From the sequence record NC_073075: a stretch of 44,776 nucleotides of DNA, one strand, 5' to 3'. Below, one piece after another: positions 35,595-44,699 of the stretch. Position 1 is the stretch's first letter. Each line of letters opens with the position of its first letter. The DNA is from Escherichia phage ZCEC10. A program made the position numbers and the translations under genes. The notes below the pieces were generated by a model, which had not been told where the DNA came from, did no database searches, and saw only the letters and a program-made list of their open reading frames with translations.

Positions 35595-36301
35595 TCTAAA
35601 TTTTCCTCATTGACTGCTATCGCGAAGCCGCGCGGGGTGAGCGACCGGATTAATTTTGTGCGGGCTGATTTGCCTCCGAGGCGACTATACTGCTTCGAGT
35701 ACCCTTTTTCAACGAATACAGGCTTTTTCTCCGGCATACGGAAGCCGTTGCCGGTCCACAAGCAGGTCAGCTTCGGATATGAATCGCGGGCGTTGATGTA
35801 TTCCGGGAAGAGCGGGTGTACGTCATCCTCCGGCAGATATCCCCCATACTCCCACGGGTCAAACGAGTGGTCTGGCTTGCGCCACTTGGTGGAAAGCACA
35901 CTGCGCGGATTCTCAATCATGTACGGCACTTCGAAGAAATCACCCAGGTAAGCGGCGATCTTCGCGGTGCGCACCGCCTTAAGCTGGAAGGCAGGGTCTT
36001 TTGCACGCTTGCGCGGGAAAGCTGGCGCGCCGCTCACGGCCAGATCCGTACACGGAGGGAACGCATAGATGATATCCGGCGTTCCAAAATCACCATTCAT
36101 CGCGCGGTCCACGAAGTCAAGATCGATAAACTCATTACGATAGCGGATTCCGCGACCATAGATCCGGTAGTCAAGGTAAGACCCGTGATCGGCTTCGGAG
36201 TAGTTGAAGCAATAACACTTATGCCCCATCTCGGCAGCACGCTCAATCATCAACCCGCTGCCGTCGAATAATGACCAGATTGTCATTTTAGCAATAGTCA
36301 T
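35591..36301 (-). CDS. Short DNA cytosine-C5 methyltransferase-like protein
   Basis: 236 aa; motif I-like LFDGSG, catalytic-type FPPCTDLAVSG, ENV-like MIENP; too short for a standard target-recognition domain. Confidence 0.55.
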   Translation of the reverse strand: MTIAKMTIWSLFDGSGLMIERAAEMGHKCYCFNYSEADHGSYLDYRIYGRGIRYRNEFIDLDFVDRAMNGDFGTPDIIYAFPPCTDLAVSGAPAFPRKRAKDPAFQLKAVRTAKIAAYLGDFFEVPYMIENPRSVLSTKWRKPDHSFDPWEYGGYLPEDDVHPLFPEYINARDSYPKLTCLWTGNGFRMPEKKPVFVEKGYSKQYSRLGGKSARTKLIRSLTPRGFAIAVNEENLE

Positions 36302-37722
36302 TTGCGCGCCTTTTTAGCTTTCATGTATTCCATCAAATCGTCCTGGATATCTCGCTTACTGTCGCGACGCTCGGCGACCAGTTCGTCCAGTGTTCCGCGC
36401 GCCTGGATAATGTAGACGAATACCGGTCGAGGGTGTCCGGCCTGCATCTGGCGAACCGGCCCGATACGTTCAACGATCTGCGAAAAGTGCTCAAAGTTCC
36501 AGGTATCGGAGAAGATTGCCAGGTGGTGTCCGCCGTCCTGCAAGTTAAGTCCATGACCCGCCGATGCCGGGTGCGCGAACATGATGGGGATCTCGCCCCT
36601 GTTCCACGCTTCCATATCCTTATTGCCCTGCTTTCCTTTACCCAACGCAACGCCGTGCGGAAATTTCTTCTTAAGACGAGCCAGGTCATGTTTATACTGA
36701 TACGCGACGAGCAACGGCGCACCGTTCAACTCCTCCACGATACTTTCCAGCGCGTCCAGCTTCGCGTCGTGAATCTTCACCCACTCGTCGGTCCGTTCGC
36801 CGTCTTCATCCACCTTATACACAGCGCCGGAAGCAAGCTGAAGGCACTTAATTGTCTTCGATGCCGCGTTCGCCGCTTCCACTGTTCCGCTTTCCAGTTC
36901 TGCAAATAGCTCGCTTTCAAACTGGTCGTAAATCTTGCGGGCTTTCTTCGGCAGATCCACAACAACCGGCGTATATATTGGCTTGTCACATCCGAAGTAT
37001 TCAGCCGCGTCAACGGTGAGGGATACATCAGACAGGCGTTGTTGTATTTCTTTCTCGGAGTTCTTTAGCGGAGCGTGCTGCATCGTGAAGCTGCCAGGCT
37101 TAACAGGCTTGCTAATGAACCAACGATCGGTAAATGCCTTATAGCTACTGCCGAGGCGTTCTCCGCCGTCGACAAACCACGTCTGACCCCATAAGTCTTT
37201 CAAGCCATTTGGTGCGGGCGTGCCGGTCAGGTTAATCCAGCGCTTGACGTGCTTATGTGCAATCGCTGCCAGTGCGCGTGCGCGCTTGCTCCCCTGCTTG
37301 CTACGATAGCCTTTCAGCTTAGTCGATTCATCGGCAACAACGACCGTAAACGGCCACGCATCGCCGTAATAGTCAACCAGCCACTCAACCACATCGTAGT
37401 TAACACAAACCACGTTAGCGTCGCTCTCAAGCGCTGCAATACGGTCCTTCTCCGACCCAGTGCCATCTACGACCAGCAGGGATGAGAACCGCCATTTCTC
37501 CTGCTCCGGGGGCCATGTACCTGACGCAACACGCAGCGGGGCCAGCACCAGTACGCGGTCCTCGTGATGGGACAGGACGCCAGTCTGGAACATTTTATTC
37601 AGCGCCCACATTGTCGCGCCGGTTTTCCCGGATCCCATTGTCGCCCATATATTGCATCGCTTATGCTTGAGGATGAACGCGGTAATCAACTTCTGATATT
37701 CGCGGCGTCGGAATCGTGCCAT
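36298..37722 (-). CDS. SNF2/DEAD-like superfamily 2 helicase
   Basis: Walker A MGSGKTG, DExx-box VVADEST, motif III LTGTP; start taken at the ATG with AAAGAG RBS (alternative 37812). Confidence 0.8.
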   Translation of the reverse strand: MARFRRREYQKLITAFILKHKRCNIWATMGSGKTGATMWALNKMFQTGVLSHHEDRVLVLAPLRVASGTWPPEQEKWRFSSLLVVDGTGSEKDRIAALESDANVVCVNYDVVEWLVDYYGDAWPFTVVVADESTKLKGYRSKQGSKRARALAAIAHKHVKRWINLTGTPAPNGLKDLWGQTWFVDGGERLGSSYKAFTDRWFISKPVKPGSFTMQHAPLKNSEKEIQQRLSDVSLTVDAAEYFGCDKPIYTPVVVDLPKKARKIYDQFESELFAELESGTVEAANAASKTIKCLQLASGAVYKVDEDGERTDEWVKIHDAKLDALESIVEELNGAPLLVAYQYKHDLARLKKKFPHGVALGKGKQGNKDMEAWNRGEIPIMFAHPASAGHGLNLQDGGHHLAIFSDTWNFEHFSQIVERIGPVRQMQAGHPRPVFVYIIQARGTLDELVAERRDSKRDIQDDLMEYMKAKKARK

Positions 37723-37729
37723 CTCTTTA

Positions 37730-37951
37730 TTACGCCTTTTTCCAGACTTCAGTTTCACTATCCCAGTTCCTCTTTGTGGCGTCGTAGTTGGTGGCGTGTC
37801 CGACGTGGACACCGGTAGCCCGGAAGCTCTTAAACTTCTGCCAGCACACCGTCAACGGCAGCGGGTAGTTCATGCCCGCAATAAACCACACGCGATCGCC
37901 CGGTTTACATTCGCCCAGCTTGGTGAGTCGGTAATGTTCTTTCATCGTCAT
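37730..37951 (-). CDS. Hypothetical protein
   Basis: ATG at 37951 with GGGAGA RBS; track ORF start at 37960 uses TTG. Confidence 0.45.
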   Translation of the reverse strand: MTMKEHYRLTKLGECKPGDRVWFIAGMNYPLPLTVCWQKFKSFRATGVHVGHATNYDATKRNWDSETEVWKKA

Positions 37952-37956
37952 GTCTC

Positions 37957-37981
37957 CCAAAAAGGGCGGGACAAGCCCGCC
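37957..37981 (-). terminator. Putative minus-strand terminator/attenuator
   Basis: Stem ggcggg/cccgcc with loop acaag; T-run on the minus strand. Confidence 0.4.
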
Positions 37982-37988
37982 GTATTAA

Positions 37989-38162
37989 TTATTTTTGCTC
38001 TGCGCGATAGCGGCGCTGCCGTTCGCGCTCTTTTTTATTGCGGCACGATTTGCACTCGGCCCGATATCCGTCCGGGCTGCGTGCAGTCTTACCGGTGTAT
38101 TTGTGGAACTGGGATAGCGGTTTAACGCAGCCGCAATTACTGCAACGTTTTTCTTCAATCAT
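37989..38162 (-). CDS. Small zinc-ribbon protein (57 aa)
   Basis: CxxC ... CxxC pattern (CSNCGC...CKSC); GAGGG RBS. Confidence 0.4.
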   Translation of the reverse strand: MIEEKRCSNCGCVKPLSQFHKYTGKTARSPDGYRAECKSCRNKKERERQRRYRAEQK

Positions 38163-38202
38163 CTCTAAAACCCTCGATATGGCTAACCGGCACACTATAC
38201 CG

Positions 38203-38481
38203 CTATGCGACCAATTCAGCAACCAATAAATCACAGTCGGCGATGTTGTCTATAACGCGAACGTCCGCGCCGCGGCGGGCCATCCGCTCATGTTCACGTA
38301 CCTGGTGCGGCTTCGGTTTTCCTCCGGGGCGCTTCACTTCGACGAACACTATTTTGCCGTTGATGATGATAATCAGATCGGGCGCACCTGCGCGCCCCTC
38401 CCATGCCACTTTTCGGCAGAATCCGCCGACGGCTTTAACCAACTTCATAAGGTGACTTTGGATCTTGCCTTCTGGTGTCAT
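38203..38481 (-). CDS. VRR-NUC domain nuclease
   Basis: 92 aa; PDLIIIINGKIVFVEVKRPGG is a PD-(D/E)xK core typical of VRR-NUC; start overlaps polymerase stop. Confidence 0.7.
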   Translation of the reverse strand: MTPEGKIQSHLMKLVKAVGGFCRKVAWEGRAGAPDLIIIINGKIVFVEVKRPGGKPKPHQVREHERMARRGADVRVIDNIADCDLLVAELVA

Positions 38482-40772
38482 TATTTTCTGTACCTGTACA
38501 TGATGTCGCCTTCCGCGGCAAGCGGGAAGCCTTTCGCCCAAATAGGCAGGTCGCACATCAGCGCGCAAAGCTCCTCGGTCGTGTAGTCGTCGGTGTCCGG
38601 CACTTCGGTTATCAGTTCATCGTGAACGGACAGTACGATCTCATAGCCCGCAGCCTCAACGCCGGGCATGGACCACGCGAGGATATCGCGACACAGCGCC
38701 TGTACGATGTTTTCCGTCAGTTTGCCGCCGTAGGTGTACTGGAACCCCCACTGGCGCGTCGTCTGATTCTCGCCCTGGTATTTGATGCGGGTACTGGTGC
38801 GCTTCTTGCCGGTGTCTTCGTCGATCTCGGTCGTGACAGACAGTGCGATGCCTGGGTAGCTCATTATGCGCCCTGACGGCAACTCAATTTTAAGCCACCA
38901 CCCTGCCGCGTTCGGGTCGTCTCGCTCCTCGTCGAAGGTTGGGTCATGCTTCGCCTTCGTTCTAACAATTTTGAGCGCTTTTCTGCCGTCCGGGCGAACG
39001 TTCGCGCCCGCCCAGTATGCTTTGCCCGGATTGCGGATTGCACACAACACCGCGTCCTCAAGCTCGGCCCAAAAGGCTACCGTCTTCGGGTGAGCCTCAC
39101 GCCACATACGTTTGATCGCGTCACAAGTCAGCCACACGTTTTTAGGCAGTATGTAAGTCGGGCGCTCGTCCTTCTTGCCCGGCTTCGGTGGGCGCTTCGC
39201 TTCGTTAATGCGGGCGTACTCATAACCGCGTTTCGCCGCCGCCCAAATGTGATCCGGGAACGTGCCTTTCATAACGTCCGCCATAGTGTAAAGGTCGAGG
39301 CCCAGGTTTTTAGCGAACTGCAAGAACGCCGCGACGCCGCCACCATAGCCCAGTCCCAATTCGCACGCCTTACCGATCTGGCGTAAGTCCTTGCGGTTAG
39401 CTTTGATGTAATCCGGGTCAAGGCCGAACATTTTACCGGCAGTCTCGCAATAGATATCTCGTCCGGCCTTAAACACCATTAGCGCGGTTTTCTCTCCCGC
39501 GATCCAGGCAAGCCCACGCCCTTCCACGTTGGAGTAGTCCGCTACGACAAACTTCTTGCCCTTAGCCGGGATAATGCACCCGCGAACGGTCGAGGCTGTC
39601 AGCTTAGATATGTCATACGCCCAGTGCGCGGTCCCGCGTAACAGGGAATTGATGCCGTTGGTGAGCATGTGCGACCGGACCCAAAAAGCAACGTCGCTCT
39701 CGCCTTCGCGGCGTTTAATCTTCCCTTCGTGGTCGTCGCTATACTCGCCGCGTGCCAGGTTTTGAGGCTGGAAGCCTTTACCCGCCCAGCGTAACGTGCG
39801 CTTTGCGCCACCATACTGAAGACACCCACGGCGGCGACCATCGGCGGAGAGGCCATTAACGAGCGGATTGTACTTAGTCGATGCCGTTGATGACGCCCCG
39901 AGGCGCATTTCGATAAGCGCTTTGCCCTCGTCTGGGAAGTCCGGGTCTTCCAGTAGGTCGTTTAGCGTGGATTTCTGCGCGTTGTGTATTGTGAATGCTG
40001 GCGCAATATCACGCAGGATTGGCAGGAAGTCATTGCCGGTCAGCTTACCGCCAAATCGCTCCCAGGCTTCTTCCTTCAATTCTTCCTTATGCGCCTGCAC
40101 CGCTTTGATCGCGGCGTTCGCCAGGTCAACGTCCACATAGAAGCCTCGGTCATTAATCATCTGGTCGATGAGCAGGATTTCGTCTTCCTTCGGTGAGTTG
40201 CCCCAGTCCGGTATGCGCCAGTAGACTTCACGCATCGCGATAATATCCAGCGCGGCATATCGCAGAAATTTGGCCCATTCTTCAGGGTGAGTCTCGCGCG
40301 TGTAGCGGCGTATTTTGTAGGTCTTAGGGGTAGGCTTACAGAATCGTTTGATCAGCGCCTTGCCTGCCTTATCCTTCGCGTGCTCTGCGTCAACGCCCAG
40401 CACCTGACACTGCATATCGAGGCTGCCTGGCAGCGCGTGCCGAAAGGCCATAATCATGGTGTCTTCGATCTGGCTTACCGGCAGGTCAATACCCCACTTC
40501 TCACGGATAACCAGGCGGTCAAACAGGAGGCCGTTAGCCATCACGATTTTTGCTTTCTTGCGGGATACCTGACGGAGCGCCTTGCGCAGTTCACGCGGCA
40601 TTGTCGGGGATTCAGTGGCATCCCATGTCTGCACGCGGCCCTCGTCGATGGCGTATGTGCAAATCATAATCGCGGTCGATGGGTGTTCTGCGTAGGCGTA
40701 AGCGCCTACTTTCTTCAGGTCCACATCGCTAAATGTCTCGGTGTCGAGAAACAGACGTTCGAAGTCTTTCAT
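38481..40772 (-). CDS. Family A DNA polymerase with 3'-5' exonuclease domain
   Basis: 763 aa; Exo I motif FLDTETFS near N-terminus; Pol A motif C LSVHDELITEV. Confidence 0.9.
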   Translation of the reverse strand: MKDFERLFLDTETFSDVDLKKVGAYAYAEHPSTAIMICTYAIDEGRVQTWDATESPTMPRELRKALRQVSRKKAKIVMANGLLFDRLVIREKWGIDLPVSQIEDTMIMAFRHALPGSLDMQCQVLGVDAEHAKDKAGKALIKRFCKPTPKTYKIRRYTRETHPEEWAKFLRYAALDIIAMREVYWRIPDWGNSPKEDEILLIDQMINDRGFYVDVDLANAAIKAVQAHKEELKEEAWERFGGKLTGNDFLPILRDIAPAFTIHNAQKSTLNDLLEDPDFPDEGKALIEMRLGASSTASTKYNPLVNGLSADGRRRGCLQYGGAKRTLRWAGKGFQPQNLARGEYSDDHEGKIKRREGESDVAFWVRSHMLTNGINSLLRGTAHWAYDISKLTASTVRGCIIPAKGKKFVVADYSNVEGRGLAWIAGEKTALMVFKAGRDIYCETAGKMFGLDPDYIKANRKDLRQIGKACELGLGYGGGVAAFLQFAKNLGLDLYTMADVMKGTFPDHIWAAAKRGYEYARINEAKRPPKPGKKDERPTYILPKNVWLTCDAIKRMWREAHPKTVAFWAELEDAVLCAIRNPGKAYWAGANVRPDGRKALKIVRTKAKHDPTFDEERDDPNAAGWWLKIELPSGRIMSYPGIALSVTTEIDEDTGKKRTSTRIKYQGENQTTRQWGFQYTYGGKLTENIVQALCRDILAWSMPGVEAAGYEIVLSVHDELITEVPDTDDYTTEELCALMCDLPIWAKGFPLAAEGDIMYRYRK

Positions 40773-40939
40773 TGCTTAATCCTCACTACGGCGTCAGCGC
40801 TGCCGATCATGGAGAAGATGCCGTCTGACAGGGCGATCTCTTCGCCGTTGTTGCGAATCTCGGCAACCGTGAAATATTCCCCCAGTAGCTTGGACCATAC
40901 TTGCATTCCGACTTTTACTTCGCTGGCTTTAATACGCAT
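40769..40939 (-). CDS. Hypothetical small protein (56 aa)
   Basis: ATG at 40939 just downstream of a minus-strand terminator; ATGA overlap with the polymerase start. Confidence 0.4.
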   Translation of the reverse strand: MRIKASEVKVGMQVWSKLLGEYFTVAEIRNNGEEIALSDGIFSMIGSADAVVRIKQ

Positions 40940-40954
40940 TTTTCGTTGTCCTAT

Positions 40955-40978
40955 TAAAAAGCCCGCATTAAGCGGGCT
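40955..40978 (-). terminator. Minus-strand rho-independent terminator after the SSB-like gene
   Basis: Stem agcccgc/gcgggct with loop atta, T-run on the minus strand. Confidence 0.6.
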
Positions 40979-40997
40979 TGAATAGTGGGCTTTGCCC

Positions 40998-41783
40998 TTA
41001 ACGGCGACGACGTTTACGTGGTGCTTCGTCTTCGTCGTCTTCGTCCTCATCTTCGTCATCGCGGGACTTGCGGCGTTTGCGAGGTTTTTCATCTTCCTCA
41101 TCGTCGTCGTCATCGCGGCGCTTGGATTTCTTGGACTTGCGCGGCTTGTCATCTTCATCATCGTCATCACGACGTTTTGACTTCTTAGCCTTGCGCGGTG
41201 CTTCGTCTTCGTCGTCGTTGTCCAGGTCTTCATCGGAGCAAGAAGACCCGCCACCCCCGAAGGCTTCACCGTCATCACGGAAGCGTAAACCCAGCAAGCC
41301 AGCACCGAGTCCCTTGCCGTTGGTGTTGTTCCACGCCCAAATATCAAGGGACACGTTGCAATAACAACCAGAGTAGATCTCCTGGCCTTCAATCTCGTCG
41401 CCTTCTACGGTCAGACCCTGTTCGGTCTGCTTCTCACCGAGTGACGTTTGAATGTTTGGCTGTTTGAACGATTTAGCGTTGATGTACAACATGCCTTCGA
41501 ATTCTTCAGTCACTTCGTCGCGCTCGTCACCGTCGCGGACTGCGCATTCCTTCGAATCCTGGGCGTAGTGGCGGTCCATCCACTTATCGGCATTCTTCTC
41601 GGATTTCAGCTTGTCGGTGAGCACTGCGCGCGCTGCCGCTTCCACTTTGTCCACCTGCGGATCTTCTTTATCCAGAAGAATCACGGCACGATATGCCGGT
41701 TTTTGTCCATCCTGTTTAGGGGTGTCACGTTCCCAAATTTTCAGGAAGCATACGCGCACATTTTTCAGGTTGACTTTAGCCAT
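40998..41783 (-). CDS. Single-stranded DNA-binding protein-like (T7 gp2.5 / DUF2815-type) with a long acid/basic repeat tail
   Basis: Start MAKVNLKNVRVCF with GAGGAA RBS; position between exonuclease and polymerase; C-terminal 80 aa of alternating DDDDEDD and KPRKSKKSKRR blocks. Confidence 0.6.
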   Translation of the reverse strand: MAKVNLKNVRVCFLKIWERDTPKQDGQKPAYRAVILLDKEDPQVDKVEAAARAVLTDKLKSEKNADKWMDRHYAQDSKECAVRDGDERDEVTEEFEGMLYINAKSFKQPNIQTSLGEKQTEQGLTVEGDEIEGQEIYSGCYCNVSLDIWAWNNTNGKGLGAGLLGLRFRDDGEAFGGGGSSCSDEDLDNDDEDEAPRKAKKSKRRDDDDEDDKPRKSKKSKRRDDDDDEEDEKPRKRRKSRDDEDEDEDDEDEAPRKRRRR

Positions 41784-41873
41784 TTTCCAATTCCTCATTC
41801 TCACATGTATCGGGGTTATTGGAAGCCACCCCGTTCGGCTTGGTTGCTAATCTACTTGGTTGCGCCTAAGCGG

Positions 41874-42116
41874 TCAAGCATTTTCATTAAAAAGATTTCT
41901 GGTAACGTAGTTGGTGGCGTTATCGATCCAGCTTAACGGCGGGCGATTAATGTTCTTCTCCACCCAATCGACGGCAGCGTCGCTATAACCGTCGTCCAGC
42001 CAGCGGGTTGGATGACGAATCATCCAGGCCACCATTAACACGCCTTGCACGCAATGCAGGAGAAAGCCCAGCGCGCCGATAACAAACATCAATAAGATTG
42101 CGAATACTTTATTCAT
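41874..42116 (-). CDS. Small membrane protein
   Basis: 80 aa with N-terminal TM (FAILLMFVIGALGFLL). Confidence 0.45.
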   Translation of the reverse strand: MNKVFAILLMFVIGALGFLLHCVQGVLMVAWMIRHPTRWLDDGYSDAAVDWVEKNINRPPLSWIDNATNYVTRNLFNENA

Positions 42117-43539
42117 TGCTTAAGTCCTCGTCAGTAGCTTCAGACCACGCAGGGCGCGGGTCGTCAATTGGTGCTAATACAGGTTTAGCCGGTGCGCGCG
42201 TGATTTTATCACACAACTTCGCCCACACTTTCGGCTTCTCGTCCTTAAGTACCTTCTCGGCATCCGTAGGACTGAGCAATGTTTCTTTGTACATCACATC
42301 GCGCTTGATCCGGGCCTTCGTGAAGATTTCAATCACTTCGCTCTCGTCCGCCCACTTACGGATCCCTTCCTTACCGGCAACCATCTTGAGGCCCAGCGAT
42401 TCGCCATCGCCCGCCATGACCGCCTTGAATACCGCGGACTCGATAGCCTTGATGTGCTGGCGCATTGCGTCCAGGCCTTCATAAGCCTTGCGAAGTTCCG
42501 CCGCGCTCATAGCTCCGGGGGCCGCTTCTTTCTTACCACGCTTCGCACGTCGTGCCGCCTTCCTGGCTTCGCGGGCCATATTGCGGTCATGGTTGGCGCA
42601 TTCTTCCTCTGTCGCAATACTCACGTCGTCGCCCAGGTCTTCGTCGGTTGCCGTTGGGGGTGTCATCGTGTCGATTGCGGCCTTAGCGCGGGCACTACAC
42701 TGATCCGCAAATCGACACCACTGGCACGCATCAACGCTGGGCCGGAAGTCTGCGCGGGTGAGTCCCTTCTTGCCGCGGGAGTACGCTTCCAGGGCGGCGA
42801 CAGCACGCTTGGACGCAAACTTCGCGAATATCTCCAGGGCTTCTACCGTAATATCCCACTCCGACGCCCCGCCGCAATACGGCTGGAAGATAACCAGGCG
42901 CACGGTCGTAATGTCGTACATGGTTTTCAGCTTGCGCAGCAGGCCCAGCGCATACAACATAAGCTGTTTGTTCTCTTTCGCCTCGACCTTATGCCGCCCG
43001 GTCTTCAGGTCGCCAACAATCAGCATGTACGTCCCATCGGTCTTTTTCATGACCATGACCATATCGGCAGTACCGAACGTTTTAATCCTGTTGCCGTCGA
43101 TCTCGTAGCCTGAGTGAAGGACGCGGGTCAGATCGGCGCGCATCTCAAGCTGGACAAACTCCGCCACTTCGAGGAGCGGTCGCCAGTGGTCGATGTACGC
43201 GTCGCACTGTTTCACCATGTCGTCGTTGACCAGTACGCCGCCTTTCGGTGCTTTAGGGTGTGCCTTTACCGGCCCCTTTCCTTCGTTCTCGACGTAGCAC
43301 CCTTTATACGTCTTCGCGGTTATCAGCTTCTCACCGGCGATAATGCGGTTTAGCACCACCTCCGATACGGTGTGCATACTCGTACCGTTAATCGCGGCTT
43401 GCCCGGATTCGTTCGGGATATCTTTTTCAACCACCAGGGCGGCGGGGCAACCCATCCACTTTTTAGCACCAGATGGCCCAAGTAATGAGTGTTCCGTATT
43501 GCTGCCGGATTGCGTCTTACGTTTTGGTTTAATCGCCAT
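42109..43539 (-). CDS. Cas4/RecB-like exonuclease (DUF2800-type) with Fe-S cysteine cluster
   Basis: 476 aa; nuclease core IVGDLKTG; cysteine motif CQWCRFADQC; typical partner of the SSB-like and Pol A genes. Confidence 0.7.
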   Translation of the reverse strand: MAIKPKRKTQSGSNTEHSLLGPSGAKKWMGCPAALVVEKDIPNESGQAAINGTSMHTVSEVVLNRIIAGEKLITAKTYKGCYVENEGKGPVKAHPKAPKGGVLVNDDMVKQCDAYIDHWRPLLEVAEFVQLEMRADLTRVLHSGYEIDGNRIKTFGTADMVMVMKKTDGTYMLIVGDLKTGRHKVEAKENKQLMLYALGLLRKLKTMYDITTVRLVIFQPYCGGASEWDITVEALEIFAKFASKRAVAALEAYSRGKKGLTRADFRPSVDACQWCRFADQCSARAKAAIDTMTPPTATDEDLGDDVSIATEEECANHDRNMAREARKAARRAKRGKKEAAPGAMSAAELRKAYEGLDAMRQHIKAIESAVFKAVMAGDGESLGLKMVAGKEGIRKWADESEVIEIFTKARIKRDVMYKETLLSPTDAEKVLKDEKPKVWAKLCDKITRAPAKPVLAPIDDPRPAWSEATDEDLSNE

Positions 43540-43718
43540 TATTCCACCCGTGTAAACTGGACAATTACATATTTCACATTAGCCATGCCCGCTTTTTCGA
43601 CGCGGCGCTTAACTTCATTTTGTGCGTCAACAAAGCAATTGCTTGCGTTGGTGTTTTCAACAATAAAAGAGCAATGGTCGTCTAATTCGTGGCATGTTGC
43701 CAGGACGAAGAATTTCAT
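43539..43718 (-). CDS. Hypothetical early protein (59 aa)
   Basis: ATG at 43718 with GGGAGA RBS. Confidence 0.4.
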   Translation of the reverse strand: MKFFVLATCHELDDHCSFIVENTNASNCFVDAQNEVKRRVEKAGMANVKYVIVQFTRVE

Positions 43719-43969
43719 TATTTTGTCTCCCAGCGGTCGATTGTTTTTGCTTCTGATGCAACTGCGAAGCGAACAAATTCCAGATTGGAATCCGCCCAAA
43801 TATAAAAGTCGGGATTAATAAAGGTGGTGCGCTTAATTTGCGCGGGGGTATTGCGGCGCTTGTCTATTACGGCAACGCGTGACTGAAAATTGCCGATGCG
43901 TTCGAATAGCCAATAATATGGGCGCTGGTCGCGGGAGTCCACCGCCTCGATTAGCGTGAAACGTGCCAT
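43718..43969 (-). CDS. Hypothetical early protein (83 aa)
   Basis: Clean ORF, stop overlaps downstream start. Confidence 0.45.
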   Translation of the reverse strand: MARFTLIEAVDSRDQRPYYWLFERIGNFQSRVAVIDKRRNTPAQIKRTTFINPDFYIWADSNLEFVRFAVASEAKTIDRWETK

Positions 43970-44017
43970 TGTCTCGTCCTCTAAAAAGAGGCCCGCAGAT
44001 TAGCGGGCCGGAATATA

Positions 44018-44530
44018 TTAATCTTCCAATTCGAAATAGGTTTCGACGATTTCTTTTAGCTCTGTGTGGAAGTCTTCGACGTCGTCATCTTCCAGCTTGG
44101 CGATTGATTTGATCTCGAACGACTCCAGCAGGTCGTCGAATTCGTCGTTCGCGTCGTCGTCATCACCGCCAGCGATAATCGCGGCATATTGTTTGATCTC
44201 GTCGCGCATCTCTGCCAGCGGATCGGCATCTTTCTTACCTTTGCCTTTCGCCGGTGCTTTCTTAGCCTTAGCCGGTTTTTCGTCTTCGGCATCGTCGTCG
44301 TCTTCTACGACTTCTTTTTTGGCCTTGCCTTTCGCCGGGGCTTTTTTAGATTTAGCCGGTTTTTCGTCATCGTCGTCATCGTCGTCATCTTCGACAACTT
44401 CTTTTTTGGCCTTAGACGGCTTCTTGTCTTCCTGCTTACCAACGGCAGCGCCAGCGGTTTCATAATGTTTAGCGATGGTTTCCAGTGCTACTACGCCGCG
44501 AGTGATCAGGTTTACGATTTGCTCAAACAT
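44018..44530 (-). CDS. Acidic early protein with tandem acid/basic repeats; first gene of the leftward operon (alternative start at 44710)
   Basis: 170 aa from the ATG at 44530 with GGAG RBS; two near-identical 25-aa units (KKEVVEDDDD..EKPAK.KKAPAKGK.KK); Asp/Glu-rich C-terminus. Confidence 0.55.
   Translation of the reverse strand: MFEQIVNLITRGVVALETIAKHYETAGAAVGKQEDKKPSKAKKEVVEDDDDDDDDEKPAKSKKAPAKGKAKKEVVEDDDDAEDEKPAKAKKAPAKGKGKKDADPLAEMRDEIKQYAAIIAGGDDDDANDEFDDLLESFEIKSIAKLEDDDVEDFHTELKEIVETYFELED
44225..44410. repeat. Tandem direct repeat (about 87 bp, two copies) inside the acidic early gene
   Basis: Two adjacent units sharing ...ggccttgcctttcgccgg..ctttttta.(a/c)(t/c)ttagccggtttttcgtc... 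Confidence 0.6.
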
Positions 44531-44699
44531 GGTATATCTCCGATTGGTTAAGTTTAGGTGTCGGCAGTTAACTTCGTCGGTGGCCTTAACATATTGCCAG
44601 GTTACGCGTTCTCCCGTTCGGGTAGTGGACCTGGTTATATCATCACGGTTGGGAATCCTGACACTTCGATCCGGCCCCTGCGTTGCCCCTCTCCAGTTT

